From Narcine bancroftii (Eukaryota): 64,000 nt of DNA. The translations under genes and the position numbers were made by a program. Under the pieces are notes generated by a model that made no database searches, had not been told where the DNA came from, and saw nothing but the letters and a program-made list of their open reading frames with translations. Of this stretch, positions 12,830 to 25,980 are shown piece after piece. Position 1 is the stretch's first letter. Every line of letters starts with the position of its first letter. The stretch covers positions 33,418,001-33,482,000 of the forward strand of contig NC_091480.1 in NCBI RefSeq assembly GCF_036971445.1, read 5' to 3'.

Positions 12830-13600
12830 ATTTTATTGGAATGAATGCATTCATTTTATTGGAAAACAAAGTAATAGCCACAATTACAAATATTAACAAA
12901 TTCTCAAAAAAATTCATGGTTACGTAGGAAAAAAAATCCTAACAAGAACTACAAAGAATCCTTAATCCCTCCCCTAAACCAAATCCTACCCCTCCCAAGA
13001 AAAAGAAAATAAAGAAAGAAAGCGATAAGGAGAATAGCTTCAATCATTCATTCACTATTATTCATTCACAGCGGAGATCAAGCTGCACTCAACCAAGTCT
13101 CAGGTTTTTCAAATTGGAATAATCAAATATGGGCTCCAAATCTTTCTTAAATACATAATATATATCCCGTAAAGTATAAGTTATCTTCTCCATTGGTATA
13201 CAGGACCTCATTTCTGAATGCCGTCTTTATAAATTAAGATCCATCTGATCTTTCCATGAAACAGCTGTACATTTCTTTGCAACAGCCAAAGCTAATCGTA
13301 AAAATGCCATTTGAAATTTATCAAATTTATTAAGCAAAGCCATTTCACTAACTTCCCCAATTAAAAAGATCTTTGGATCTAAAGAAAATGGTATTTTCAG
13401 GATATCCTACAAACAGTCTCTTAATCTAACCCAAAAACCCTTAACCTTATCGCAAGACCAAAATGAATGCAAAAAGGTACCCTTTTGCTTGTTACAACGA
13501 AAACCCAAATCTGAAGCATTCAGTCTATAATCGTTTCAAATGCTCTGGAATTGAATATAATTGATGTATAAAATTATAAGTCACCAACCTATACCTAATT
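12830..13600 (-). mobile_element. L1 3' fragment
   Basis: Minus strand encodes ..FRCNKQKGTFLHSFWSCDKVKGFW.. and EKITY..KIWSPY-type C-terminal remnants followed by a 3' UTR. Confidence 0.75.
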
Positions 13601-13949
13601 CTTGGTAAAGTTGATGTTTTTCAATGTGGAATATAATTATTACTAAGTATGGATGCATTATCTTGATACAGGTTGTATTTTCATTATTGATTTTCATTTT
13701 GGTTCAATTTGTTCTCTTGCTGTATTAACTTCAACTGTATTTGAATATAATTGAATTCATTTAAATCTCAATTTTAAATACTAAATTTTCAAAAATTAAT
13801 GTAAAATAGTGATTATAATCTGTGAATAGAGAAGGAAGGTGGTTTTTAAACCATCATATTTCCTTTATATTCTTTGACTCTTTTGGAATATGCTAATTTT
13901 AAATAGCTGTTAATATTCTAATTACACCATGTTTTCCTGACACTTGACC

Positions 13950-15730
13950 CAAAGAACATTGCAGCACAGAAATATCTTGGCCCATCTAGTCTGTGCCTAG
14001 TCCTAATGACCTGCCCTCTATATTTCTTCCTATTACCCTATCCAGTTTTTTATTTAATATCAACATTGAGCCCATATCCATCAATTTGGTTGGCAGCTCA
14101 TTCCCCACTCTCACTGCTCTCTTCATGAAGTTGTTCTCCCTAATGTTCCCTTTAAACTTTTCCATTTCACACTTAACCCATGCCCTCTAGTTTGTGTCTT
14201 AACTGATCATAGTGAAAAAGGCCACTTGCATTTACTCTGTCCATATCTTTCACAATTTTATCTGTCAAATCTCCCCTCATCTAAGTTTCAGGGAATAAAG
14301 TTCTAACCTGTTTAACCTTTACCTGGAACTCAGTTCCTCAAAGTCCTCTAACAACTTCTGTGTTCTCTTTCAATCTTATTGGTATCTTTCCTGTAGTTAG
14401 GTAAACAAAAATGCACACAATTTGGCCTCACCACAACATCCCAACTCCTGAATGCCATACTTTTGAGTTATGAAGACTCACTTTCAGGAAATTGTGTATC
14501 TATATCCCAGGATCCCTCTGTTCTACTTCACTCCTTAGTTGTGGCATCAAATTCCATCTATAATTTTGCAGCCCATTTTTTCAGATGGTTCTGAATCTTG
14601 CTGTCCATTACACGTCCAATCCTTGTCATTTACTGATCCAATTTACCACATTATCAATGAGCTGGATGATAACAAATAATCCAGCACCAATCCTTGAGGC
14701 ACACCAGTCCAATTAGAGAGACAATCCTCTACTATCACTCAAGCAAAACACAAAAGTCTGCAGGCACCATGATTGAAGTAAAAACACAATGCTGGAGAAA
14801 CTCATCAGGTCAAACAAAATGCTCTGTTTGACCTGCTACCATTCTCTTCTCCCCTAAATCAATGCCCAATTCAATTTACTACCTCGTCCTGAATTCAGAG
14901 TGACTGAACCTTCTTAACCAAGTTCCCATGTGGCCTTACAAAAGTCCATGTAGACAGCACCAACTTTCCTGATAATCTCCTCAAATCTCTTAAGATTGGT
15001 TAAATATGACCATTTTGTCTCTCCTTAATCAGTCCAAATACTAACATGATCCATCTCTTGGACTACCAGAACCTTCTGATAAATTACCCATTACTGATGT
15101 CAGGCTCACTGGTCTATCATTTCCTGGATTATTTTTGAAGTCTTTTTAAAACAATGGGAAAACATTAGCTATCCTCCAATCCTCTATCACCTCACCTGTG
15201 CTAAGGACAATTTAAATATCTTTGCCAGGGTTCATGCAATTTTCAGACCAGCCTCCCTCAAGGTCTGAGGAATATCTTGGGGATTTATCCACTCTTATTT
15301 GCCTCAAAATAGCAAGCACCTCCTCCTCTTTAATCTGTATAGGCCCATGACCTTGCTCCTTCTTTGCTTCACTTCCTTTGACTCTCTCAATCTCCTGCTT
15401 GACCAGAGATGCAGAAAGAACCATTTAAAATCTCCCCAAACACTTTTGTCTCCATACATAGTTGATCTTCAAGATGACCAATGCTATCCTTTTGCTGTAT
15501 GTGTGTCCGTAGAAACTCTTAGGATTTTCCTTCACCTTGTGTGCCAAAGCAACTTCATGCCTCCTTTTAACCCTCCCGATTTCCTTAATTTTTTTTCTTG
15601 CATCTTTACAATCGAGTACCTCATTTGCTCCTTATACACCTCTTTGTTCTTCATAACAGATGGTTAATATTCCTCAAAAACCAAGGTTCTTTATGACTGT
15701 TACCATTGCCTTTGATTCTGACAGGAACAT
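13950..15730 (-). mobile_element. Degenerate CR1 LINE
   Basis: IQIKEEEVLAILRQIRVDKSP (15212-15424) and typical CR1 RT and 3' tail remnants; interrupted by a small Penelope-tail piece at ~14745-14835. Confidence 0.7.
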
Positions 15731-15809
15731 ACAATCTCTGTATTGAACTTTATTTTAGCTCTGCAGGACATGGAACTAAAATTGAGAAAAAGAAATATCT
15801 GGGTCTTTA

Positions 15810-16205
15810 ATTGATGACAGCACCATCATTCGCAGAATGAGGAAGTATCCAGGAGGGAGTAGATCAGTTAGTTGAATGACATCACAACAACGATCATGCA
15901 TTCAACTTTAGCAAAATCAAGGAGCAGATTGTAGACTTCAGGAGAAAAATCAAGAGAACACGAACCAGTCCACAGAGACATCAGCAGCAGAGGGTCAAGA
16001 ACTTGAAATTCCTGGACATCGACATCTCTGAGAATCTCTCCTGGGGGCCTTCATGCAATTTTGAAGGCAGTTCCCTAGTGGCTCCAATAGTGAGGAGTTT
16101 GAAGAGATTTGGTATGTCACCAAAAACTCTTTAAATTTCTACAGATGTACTGTGGAGAGCATTCTGACTCATTGCATCAATATCTGAGATAGAGGTGCCA
16201 ATGCT
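15810..16205 (+). mobile_element. Rex1/Babar-type LINE fragment (inverted copy of part of 16480-17760)
   Basis: Contains remnants such as SKIKEQIVDFR; closely similar in reverse complement to ~16895-17315. Confidence 0.65.
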
Positions 16206-16479
16206 TAGCATTCTATATATTTTAATGATGTCGTATAACCCCAGAAATCTCTGCATTTCTTTTTTTTTTGCATTTCCTTCTACTATCCAGGCCCTGAAAT
16301 CAGGAGTTTTCTTCTTGAATCATTCTTTATCATTCATGACCTACCACTGTTCAAAGTTCAGACTTCTTGTCAGAGTACATGCATGAGATTACATGCGATT
16401 TTATCTGTTTTGGCCCGAGAAAAGGAGCTTCTACAAAAGCGAGAAATGTAAACAAACTGCAATGCAGAAAAAAAGTTTG

Positions 16480-17760
16480 GAATGAGAATTTATTGTCACG
16501 AACATGTCTCAAAATCTTTGTTATGTAGCAGCATCATGGGGGCAAATATTGTTATAAATGATATTTCAAAAAAATAAATAGTGCAAAAAATGTAGGGGGA
16601 AGTAAGTTTTGGTTCATTATCTATTATCTGATGGCAGAGGGGAAGAAGCTGTCCTTGTGTGCTGAATGCTCAACTTCAAGCTTCTGTACTTTCTCCCCCA
16701 ATGGTAGCAGAGTGAAGAGGGTGTGACCCTGGGAGATGGGGGTCCTTGAGGATAGCGGCTGCTTTCTGAAGCCACTGCTTCTTGTAGATGTCCTGGATGG
16801 AATGAGTGATGTCGCAGGCCGAGTTAACAACTCTCCGGAGTTTTTCCCGTCCTGAGCCTTGGCACCTCTGTATCGGGCATTGATGCAACGAGTCCACAGT
16901 GCATTTGTGGAAATTTTCAAGAGTTTTTGGTGACATACCAAATCTCCTCAAACTCCTCACTATTGGACCCACTGGAGAATTGCCTTCAAATCTGCACGAA
17001 GGCCTCAGGAGAGATCCTCAAAGATATTGATGCTCAGGAATTTGAAGCTCTTGATCCCCTGCTGCTGACTGGTTGGAGCCTGTTGACCAACACTGAGGGA
17101 ATAAAGGTGTTGAAAGCTGACCTGTAGTTGATGAAGAGTAGCTGGATAGGTGTTGCTGTTGTCTAGGTGATCCTCTCTGTGGACTGGTTCGTGTTCTCTT
17201 GATTCTTTCTCCTGAAGTCTACAATCAGCTCCTTGATTTTGCTAAAGTTGAATGCAAGGTTGTTGTTGTGATGTCATTCAACTAGCTGATCTATCTCCCT
17301 CCTGGACATTTCCTCATTGCCGTCTGATACTGCCAATGTCATCAGCACATTTGTAGACAGAATTTGATTTGTACCTAGCCACACACTCATAGAGTGAATA
17401 GAGCAGTGGGGTAAGCATGCATCCTTGAGGTGCACCTGTGTTGAGAGTGAAGACAAAATGTTGTTTCCAACATGTTCTGACTGGTCTTCTGATGAGGAAG
17501 TCAAGGATCCAGTTGCAGAGTTTGGTATAAAGGCCCAAGTTTTAGAGCCTGTTGACCAACACTGAGGGAATAAAGGTGTTGAAAGCTGACCTGTAGTTGA
17601 TGAGGAGTAGCTGGATAGGTGTTGCTGTGGTCTAGGTGATCCAGAGCTGAGTAGAACCAGGGATATTGCATCTGTCTGTGGAGCAATTGTGATGCTAGGC
17701 AAATTGTAGTGGGTCCAGTTCTTGGGTAAGCGTTAACACTGAAAACATCTCATCACAGTA
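16480..17760 (-). mobile_element. Rex1/Babar-type LINE fragment
   Basis: LCNWILDFL...[18 protein letters not shown]...CADD (17314-17538) and a C-terminal KDSFFPSAIR (16624-16941). Confidence 0.8.
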
Positions 17761-17789
17761 GATGTGAGTGTTTCTGGGTGAATAAGTAA

Positions 17790-18680
17790 TCTGCAAAGTA
17801 AGTGTCCTTTATGAATCTGAGTTTTGTTGTTTCGGTGTCTGATATGAGTCGTGGAACCTATACCTCTTACCTAATGGCAACCGTGAGAACAGAGCATGCG
17901 CTGGGTGGTGTGGATTCTTGATAATTATTGCTGCTCTCTAACGGCAGTGTTCTATGTAGATTTTCTTGATGGTGGGCAGAGATTTGCCTGTAATGTACTG
18001 GACTGTGTCCACGACCTATTGCAGGACTTTTGACTCAGAACCATTGGTGCCGCCAGACCAGGTCATAATTTAGCAGGTCAGCACACTTTCCTCTATACAT
18101 CTGTAGATCTGTAGGGTTTCTGATATCATAATGAAGCTCTGCGAACTCCTGAGAAAGTAGAGGCTTTTTTTGTGATGACATTAATGTATTGGTTCCAGCA
18201 AATGTCCTCTGAGATAGTGACTCCCAGTAATTTAAATTTGCTCCCCCTCTCCACCTCAGTTACCTCAATATTCACTGGATTGTACCTCCCTGGTTTTCCC
18301 TTCCTACAGTCCACAATCAAGTCCTTGTTTTTAGTGACATTGAGTGCAAGGTTGTTGTTCGTACAGTATCCAGCAAACTTTGCAATCTCCCTCCTGTATG
18401 CTGACTCATTACCCCTTTTTATGCAACCTACTAGTGGTATCATGTTTACAGGGCCACTAGCAAGGTCTTAAGCCTTGTAAACATGATGACTATCATTACA
18501 TCGACTACAAATTTGTAGATGGTGTTACTGTACTGAACCACACACTAGAGAAGAGTAGGTGGTTGTGTACAGAGCCCTGTCACGCTCTGGTACTGATGGA
18601 AATTGTGGAGGAGATTTTCTCACCAATCCTCACTGATTTTGGTTTGGAGGTGAGGAAATCCAGGATCTAATTATATAGTG
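17790..18680 (-). mobile_element. Rex1/Babar-type LINE fragment
   Basis: NESAYRREI...NNLALNVTKNKDLIVD...FKLLGVTISED (18126-18443). Confidence 0.75.
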
Positions 18681-19899
18681 TGAATTACACTGTCCTAATA
18701 TTTCATTTTTGTTAGATGTTTTAAAACATTTAAGGTCCTTTAAGTTGTACATTTTTTTTGTTCTCTCACTTATTAGCTTTGAATCTAATGAAGTATTTCT
18801 CAAAACACATTAGAGGTATTCTATATTTGAAATGTATTTTACATGAACAAGATGTGTATCTTCACTTTTATATTTGATCACTTTCTGATTCAGCTTGTGC
18901 AGAGCAAAATCTTAATGAACAGTGAGTAAGGCTGATCTATTAATGGGAGAGATGGGGAGAATGGTTGCCAAGCATTCTCACAATCTTCTCAGCTGTCTAC
19001 ATTTGGCACCTGTAAGAAATATGGTGGGATAATTTCTGTTCATCATTGGGTGCAATTGCAACAACACTCAAGGGGTATAGCATCTGGGTTAAGTACAGCT
19101 GTCCTTTGATCAGAGTTCCTCAACCACTGGTGATGATGGCATTGTATATTATGCACTTTTAATAGAATTTTGGCAACTCCTCTCAACGTATGATCTCATC
19201 ATCTTAAAAAAAGTTGTATTTCTCTATGTAGTTTTTTTCATGAAATTTGGAAATCATATTCTTTTTAACCATAATATACTCTTTTGGTATCATAACGTGT
19301 CAGAGCCTGCAGGAAAAAGCTATTTCCCAGTCTGGCAGTCCTGATTTTTATTGCTCTTGTGCTACTCTGGTAGTAGGTCAAAGGTGTTTGGGATGGTTGG
19401 GATAGTTATTTGAGCCTTGTTTAAGTAACACTCCCAGTGAATATCATCTGTAGGGGAAAGGGAGCTTCTCAACTATTTTAATGATCCTCATTGTTGACTT
19501 GAGGTCAGATGTTTTGCAGTTACCATACCATAAGGATGTCAGATAAAGTTGTGACAACAAAGAAAATTCCTATGCTCTCTCCAAGTAGGGAAATTCCATC
19601 AGTACCTTCTTAATTTTTGCACCTTTTCCCAAAGCCCTGCAAACTGGTAGCCTTTATCCAGATATCCTATAGGAGGGAACCATTTGGAGCTTTAAAAAGG
19701 GATTAAAGAGGTACTTGAGAATGTCATTTGTAGGGTTATAGGAAAAGGGCAAGTACATTTGACTAACAGGATTGCTGTTTCAGGGGGCCAGACTGTATTC
19801 TGTTCTGAAGGGCCTCCTGTCCCATTACAGTTCTATGATTAAAGTACAATATTTAGTTTGAGTCCTGATTTTTTTTTCAATTTAACCAATACAGAGACA

Positions 19900-19984
19900 A
19901 TGTCAGAAGAACCACCACCTCCTTACCCTGGGGGCCCCTCTGCTCCATTGCTTGAAGAGAAACCAGGACAACCACCATCAACCG
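19900..19984 (+). CDS. CDIP1: CDIP1 coding exon 1
   Basis: Acceptor ...aatacag| before 19895; [28 protein letters not shown] closely matches the CDIP1 N-terminus; donor G|GTAAAA; 85 nt. Confidence 0.95.
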
Positions 19985-20532
19985 GTAAAAACCACATTCT
20001 ATCTATTTAATGAAACTAGATTTAAATGGCAAAAATCATATTTTAATATTTAATTTAAAAATCAACTTAATTATGCAAACATTTTTTTATCATGGTTAGT
20101 AATAACATGCAGATTAAGGTTTAGGACAAAAGTAAAAAAATATTGGTCCATATCCATCCACACAAGGTGTTAAAAAGGAAATGCAGAAATAGTAACTGGT
20201 TGAAGGTAGATTTTGAGTTTAAAAAGATGTGTGAGCAAAGACATTTTTTGGGCTGGTGGACTTGCACCAGGGGTTGATCCATCATCAGCTTGTGTATCTG
20301 TTAATGTAGAAATTATCTTAAGAGTGTGACAGATTGCCACCACACAAAGATAGAAACAAGATGTCTTAAAATATTCTTGGCATTATTTTACTGATTGTTT
20401 CAAACATGAATGACCCTTTGAGTGAAAGTTGTTAGATAATTGGACACAAAAATAAAGAATCTGATTCGCGATGGGTACCTTGCTTATATTTCAGTCATTC
20501 ACAAATCAGACTTTTTTTTCCTTTTTCTTCAG

Positions 20533-20688
20533 GATATATGCCACATTCTGCTACTCCTGCCACCAATCAACCACGAGGATATTTTGTCCCACCAGATGGT
20601 GGACCACCTTCTTATGAACCAATGCCACAAGCAGGATTTGTACCCCTTCATACACCTGCAGAAGGTGGTATGCCCATGCCACCACATG
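20533..20688 (+). CDS. CDIP1: CDIP1 coding exon 2
   Basis: Acceptor ttcttcag|, Pro-rich ...DGGPPSYEPMPQAGFVP..., donor G|GTAACT; 156 nt, phase 1-1. Confidence 0.9.
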
Positions 20689-20829
20689 GTAACTATCATC
20701 AATGTATGTGTTGCAAATCAATTTCACCACCGTGAAATGTTTGGTGAGCCAAAGTTTAATTAATGGGTGGGGTGGGGGGGGGGTGGTTTGTTCTGCAACA
20801 GTTTTGTTGGGAAATGTATATGAAATTAA

Positions 20830-23160
20830 GACTTTATTTGAATTTGTCATTAGTTAATAAACAGAATTTGAAGAATTCAGAATTTGTCATGCGGTAGCAT
20901 TACACACATTCAAAATAAAATTGTTATAAATTACATTTAAAAAATAATAAATAATTTGCTGCAAAGTGGAGAGAAAGTGAAGTAGTACAGTACCCTGTAT
21001 CTGAAACATTTGGGGGCCAGACATTTTCAGTTTTTTTTATTGTTTTTGGAACATTGAAACTAAACAGCACAGTACTTAAACAACAGCAGGCTTAGTGACC
21101 TGACGTCACAAGTGGAACATTCACATGAAATAATGTTTAGTACTTACCAAAAAAAATTTGATCTCTGCTTGTAAAAGAAGATGAATGCAGCAACAAACAC
21201 TAGAAATTCTCCTCAAGGGGATTTTTATATATTTCCTGCAGTGATTCCTGCCTCGTTAACAATGGTTTTTGTCTTGGAAGTCTTTGATTTTTATAAACCA
21301 ACATGATTTCTTGTTGTGAATGCACACTGCTCTAATCTTTCAATAAGTCCATCATACATTTTCACCATGTCGTCTATAGGCACTTTTTCTGCAGTGTTAT
21401 CTAAGTTATCTTCATTGCAATCACCTTGTTTCAGAGCTATTTTACAATGGGTCAGTGAATAAACAATTAATTTTAGCCTCATTATCGATGTTAAAAACAT
21501 CAATATCCACTTCTTCCCGCTTACTGAGACACTCTGAATGTACATTTTTTGCATATGTAAGGATGTCACATTTTTTTCCTCACGTGACATGTGGAATCCT
21601 TCAAAATCATCACTGAACATAGTTGCAGGCCAGAGGTTGTGCCAGGCATGTACAACTGTGCCTTTCGTCACAGTGTTCCAAGCTTTGGCACCAGCATATA
21701 TGGCAACCTTTATACTAAACTCTTTTTAGAATTCTGCCACACCCTGATACTGATGACAGCATGTTCAAGAAAGTGTTTTCATATTCACTCTTCATTGATC
21801 TAAGAATACCTTGGTCGCATAGCTGAATTAATGAAGTCACTTTTGGGGGAAAGTTCAGTACATGACATGAACGTTATCTTTGAGATTTGGAGCTGGAGGA
21901 TGAGTAGGACAGTTGTCATCCAGTCCAGCTTCCCTGCAGTGAGCATGACCCATTGGTATGATTGTTAAACCAATCTGAAATCTATCCCTGGTGACCCTTG
22001 CCTTTTTGTATAATAAGAAATCCACTCCTTCAAAACAACAAGGGTGCAGGTTTTTGCCTATCACAGCAAGTTTACACTTGTGTGTGCCTGCTGCACTAAT
22101 ACATCCCAACACAGTTATTCTGTCTTGGGCATCTTTAATTCATGTAGGGACTGTCTCATCCGCTGTAGTCAGTGTCTTTCTGGGGCATTAACGCCAAAAC
22201 AGTGATGTTTTATCAGCATTATAGATTTGTTCTGGCGTCAGATTTTCATCAGTGATGATCTTTGCAAACTCATCAATGAATTTCTCTGCTGCTTTGTGAT
22301 CAGCAGATGTTTTATCACCATAAATCTTTAAAAATTTAATGCCATGTCTTTTATTAAATTTAGTAAACTAGTCTGAATATTCATAGTTCAATTTTCAGTT
22401 CAATATCTTTGCTTTTTGATCAGCATATCATTGTGGCGTGTGTTCACTGCAATGCTGACGGATCCACTCCATCAATACGATTGAGATCTTCACTTTTAGC
22501 TTTATGCAGTGTTTTCCTATTTTTCATGAACTTCTGTTCATCTTTCACCGTAGAACTTCAACAGTTTATCCTTCAGGTCATAGATTGTGGTCGTTCCAAT
22601 ACCATGCCCTTCTGTAAGATGTTTCTTACAGAAAAACTGTCCAGTTTTACCAACAGCTTGACTTTCTGTTGTATAGATAAACATAAACACTTCCTCCCTT
22701 ATCACTGTCATCGATTTTTCAACCATATCCTGTACACCAGGGCTCTGTTATCAAAATGGCACGAACAGAGTGTCAGAGCCCCACACGGGCAAGTCGGATG
22801 GTGAATTTTTTTCAACTTGTGATGTCATGTTGGTGCTTTTATTTAAAAAAAAATAGGATCTTTTCAGTTTTCAGATCTTTGGATATGGGGTACTTGACCT
22901 GTATCTGTGGTACATTGTCCATTTAAAATCTGATGATAAGAAACTGATGTTTGTCTTCAGACTGTGATTCCTTTCTGATGGTAGAAGAGTGAAGAGGGCC
23001 TGGGTGGTGAGGGTCTTGTAGGATAGAGGCAGCTTTCTTGAAACACCACCTCTTGTAGATGGTGCCCATGACATCACTGACAGAGTTCAAGTTCTCTGTA
23101 GTCTTTTCCTGTCCTATGCATTGGCATGTCCATGCCAGACAGAATGCTCTCTACGGTACA
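20830..23160 (-). mobile_element. Rex1-type LINE 3' fragment split by the Tigger insertion
   Basis: The flanks rejoin as 'aaagtgaagtag-TA-tctgtggtacattgtccatttaaaatctgatg', resembling the Rex1 3' end at ~16600-16760. Confidence 0.55.
20988..22901 (-). mobile_element. Tigger/pogo DNA transposon (Tigger4/Zombi-like), decayed transposase
   Basis: TA duplications at 20986-87 and 22902-03; related ends CAG..TACCC..TATC; transposase remnants IYNADKTSLFW, AAGTHKCKLAVIGK, LDDNCPTHP and HAWHNLWP typical of the CENP-B/Jerky/Tigger DDE family. Confidence 0.88.
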
Positions 23161-23924
23161 CTAAACTAAATCCAGTACATAAGAACACAAGAAATGGAAG
23201 TAGGCCATCCATCATGTCAAGCCTGCTCTGCCATTCAATAAGACCTCCACCTACCTGCCTCCCCCACCCAATCCTTTAATTCCCCTACTTGATAAAAATC
23301 AGATTAATCTTTTTGGTCTTGTACATCAGTTTTATGGAAAATGAATTCCAATGAGGATTAAACTTCCATTGAGTTGAAATCCATTTTAAGCATTTGCAGA
23401 ACAACCTGTGACTGTGATTACATTCTCGTTAATGAGACTGTATGATTGATGAAGTAGGATGAAAATATCAGCCTTCATGTTCTTGTCAAAAAAAATCAGA
23501 GAAATGTGATGATACAGGAGGGGGCCATTTATGTCACAAAATGCATGAGCAGAATTAGGTCATTTGGCCCAATGTATCTGTTCCACCTTTCAAATGATGG
23601 CTGATGTATTTTTTCCTCTCAACCTCTTTCTCCTGCCTTCTCTCTGTAATCTTTAACACCCTTTCTAATCAAGAAACTATTACCCTCCACTTAAAGTATT
23701 TAATCTGTTCATATTTCCTTGCCAAATGTTGGTTCTCAAATCATCTGTAACCTTGCCCCCCACTTTGAGCATCTATTCAATGCAGAGTGTTTCTGTTTCC
23801 ACTGTCCTCAGCAGACTATTGTCATCCACTGAGTGGATTTCACTTTGTACAAAATTGCCATCAATACTAGGCTATTCATCACTCTGCAAACCTCATCGGT
23901 TTTTTTCTTAAATTTTCATTGTAT

Positions 23925-24175
23925 AGGGTGGCATGGTTGGTGTAGCAGTTAGCACAATGCCTTTACACAGCAGCGATTGGGACCAGTTTTCAAGACCAAT
24001 GCTGTTTGTAAGGAGTTCGTTCTCAGTGTGTCTGTGTGGGATTTCTCCAGATCCGGTGTCTTTCCACTGTTCAAAAAATGTACCAAGGTGTAGGCCAATG
24101 GGATGTAAATTGGGCGGCACAGACTCGTGGGGTGAAATAGTCTGTTACCGTGCTGTATGTCTAAATTTTAAAAAT
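23925..24175 (+). mobile_element. tRNA-derived SINE (HE1/V-SINE-like)
   Basis: Pol III box A-like head (ggtggcatggttggtgtagcagttagc), a central 'gtgtctgtgtgggatttctcc' core and a 'ctgttaccgtgctgtatgt' tail; several copies in the window. Confidence 0.7.
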
Positions 24176-24256
24176 AACATTTATTAGACAACATTTATGC
24201 AAAGGACAGCTGTTTGTGTGTTTGCAATACTCATGTTTTTATATTTTTCTTAACAG

Positions 24257-24539
24257 GTTACTATCCAACTGCTGGGCAGTACCCACCTCCAGGTCACTTT
24301 ATACCCCCAGGCCACTACCTACCTCCCCCTGGGCACTATCCCCCACAAAGTGGACAAACAGCAACTGTTGTAGTTCCCCCTCATGCAGCAACAACAGTGA
24401 CAGTGCTTCAGGGGGAGATGTTTCAAGCAGCACCAGTGCAGACTGTGTGCCCACATTGTCAACAGGCCATCACAACCAAAATCACCTATGAACTAGGCTT
24501 ACTGAATACTTTATTTTGTCTCTTTTGCTGTTTTATGGG
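24257..24539 (+). CDS. CDIP1: CDIP1 coding exon 3 (start of LITAF domain)
   Basis: Acceptor ttcttaacag|, ...[50 protein letters not shown], donor GG|GTAAGT; 283 nt. Confidence 0.96.
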
Positions 24540-25727
24540 GTAAGTAATTTTCACGTGGGGTTTTCAAGAGTTTATTTTAATGGCCATCTGTTGTTAATTT
24601 GAGATTCTCTCCTTTTCAAACTCCTTCAGTTTCAAGGACTTTTTAAACTCATTTACATATTTTGGTCCATTTTTCCTTTGGATTAATTCTGCAAGTTTCA
24701 TTTTTTCGCTCTTGTCTACATTCTATTTCTACCTTGCTTGTATTCTAATATTTTGCTGACTTGTCCTGCAAGCTTTATTCCCCTTTCTACATGATATTAA
24801 ATTTCAGCTGTTCACATCAAATGGACAACTTGTCTGCCTCATTTCTTTTATTACTCCTTGGGTGGGGGTGGGGGTGGGGTGGCGGCAAAGGGAAAATAAT
24901 TATTCCCATGTAAGAATGACAGAATCTTGCACACAAATTGATAGAGAATGGAGTTGCCCTTTATTTGGTTCAAAATCAGCAATAAAGATTTCTTGGATCT
25001 ATTTTTGTTATTTATTATCCGTCTGGATCGGCAAAGTGTTTTCCTGTAACTAGTGCAACTCCAGTAATGGACAATTTCCCTCTGAAAGAACAAACACACA
25101 CACATTGGTCTGCTGACCTGCAAGGTCTTGCTTTTAATCTCTCGCTGAATTGACTTTGATTGTAAGTGCAAGCATCAGCATTCTCCATGACCTGTTTAAC
25201 GTCACCATTTTGCCACTTGATAATTGTGAAACAAAAGAAAACAATATTTTCCATTTTCTGCCCTGGAGCTGCCAAATTTCATTACATTTCAGTGCAAGAA
25301 TTCATTGTCTCTGTCTCTCCGCCTTATTCCTTTGTTTCGTCCTGCTTTGTGTACTCCTTTTCCATGTTTTGTGTGTGCCATCCACAGCTCTTCATGTATC
25401 CTGCTAAATTACTTCTTTCTGAGCTTTGTGTTCATCAATTGGTTTTAGGAAAGTGTTTTTGTTTTAGTTCTCATTCTTGCGCTTCCACTCACCAACTAAA
25501 TTGAGGCTTTGAGTTAATATAGAAATCATTGAGATGTAAGATTGAGTCATTTTATATTTGCTCTAATCCTCGGACTGAAATATTTTTGTCATAACGATGG
25601 TTTCTCTAAGGATTTTTTTTTCAAATGTAATGATAGGAAATGGATCACTTGACAATTATGATACACAATGCGCCTAATATTATGATTGTATTAGAATCTG
25701 GGCAGGTTTCATAGAAACATAAACAAG

Positions 25728-25980
25728 ACGGCGTGATTAGCGCAGCAATTAGTGCAACACTTCTGCAGCCAGCAACCACCATTCGAATCCCACACTGTCT
25801 GTAAGCAGTTTGTACATTCTCCCAGTGTCTGCATGGGTTTCCTCCGGGTGCTCTAGTTTCCACCCAACATTCAAAAACATACCAGGGGTGTTAGTCAATT
25901 GGGTGTATTTAGGTGGCATGGGCATGTGGGCTGAAAGGGCTGTTACTATGTTGTATGTTAAAAATGTTTAAAAATTAAAA
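25728..25980 (+). mobile_element. tRNA-derived SINE (HE1-like)
   Basis: Same head, core and tail as 23925-24175. Confidence 0.7.

Noticed and set aside
12815-12865. 23-bp tandem duplication (aatgaatgca.tcattttattgg)x2
   Set aside because: A small slippage event at the tail of an L1 fragment; no sign of function.
21291-22726. Domesticated TIGD/JRK-like gene
   Set aside because: The transposase is broken by stops and frameshifts and still has TIRs and a TA duplication, so it is a decayed transposon.
23925-24010. tRNA-like sequence (also at 25728, 54675 and 63950)
   Set aside because: Degenerate SINE heads attached to SINE bodies; no intact cloverleaf.
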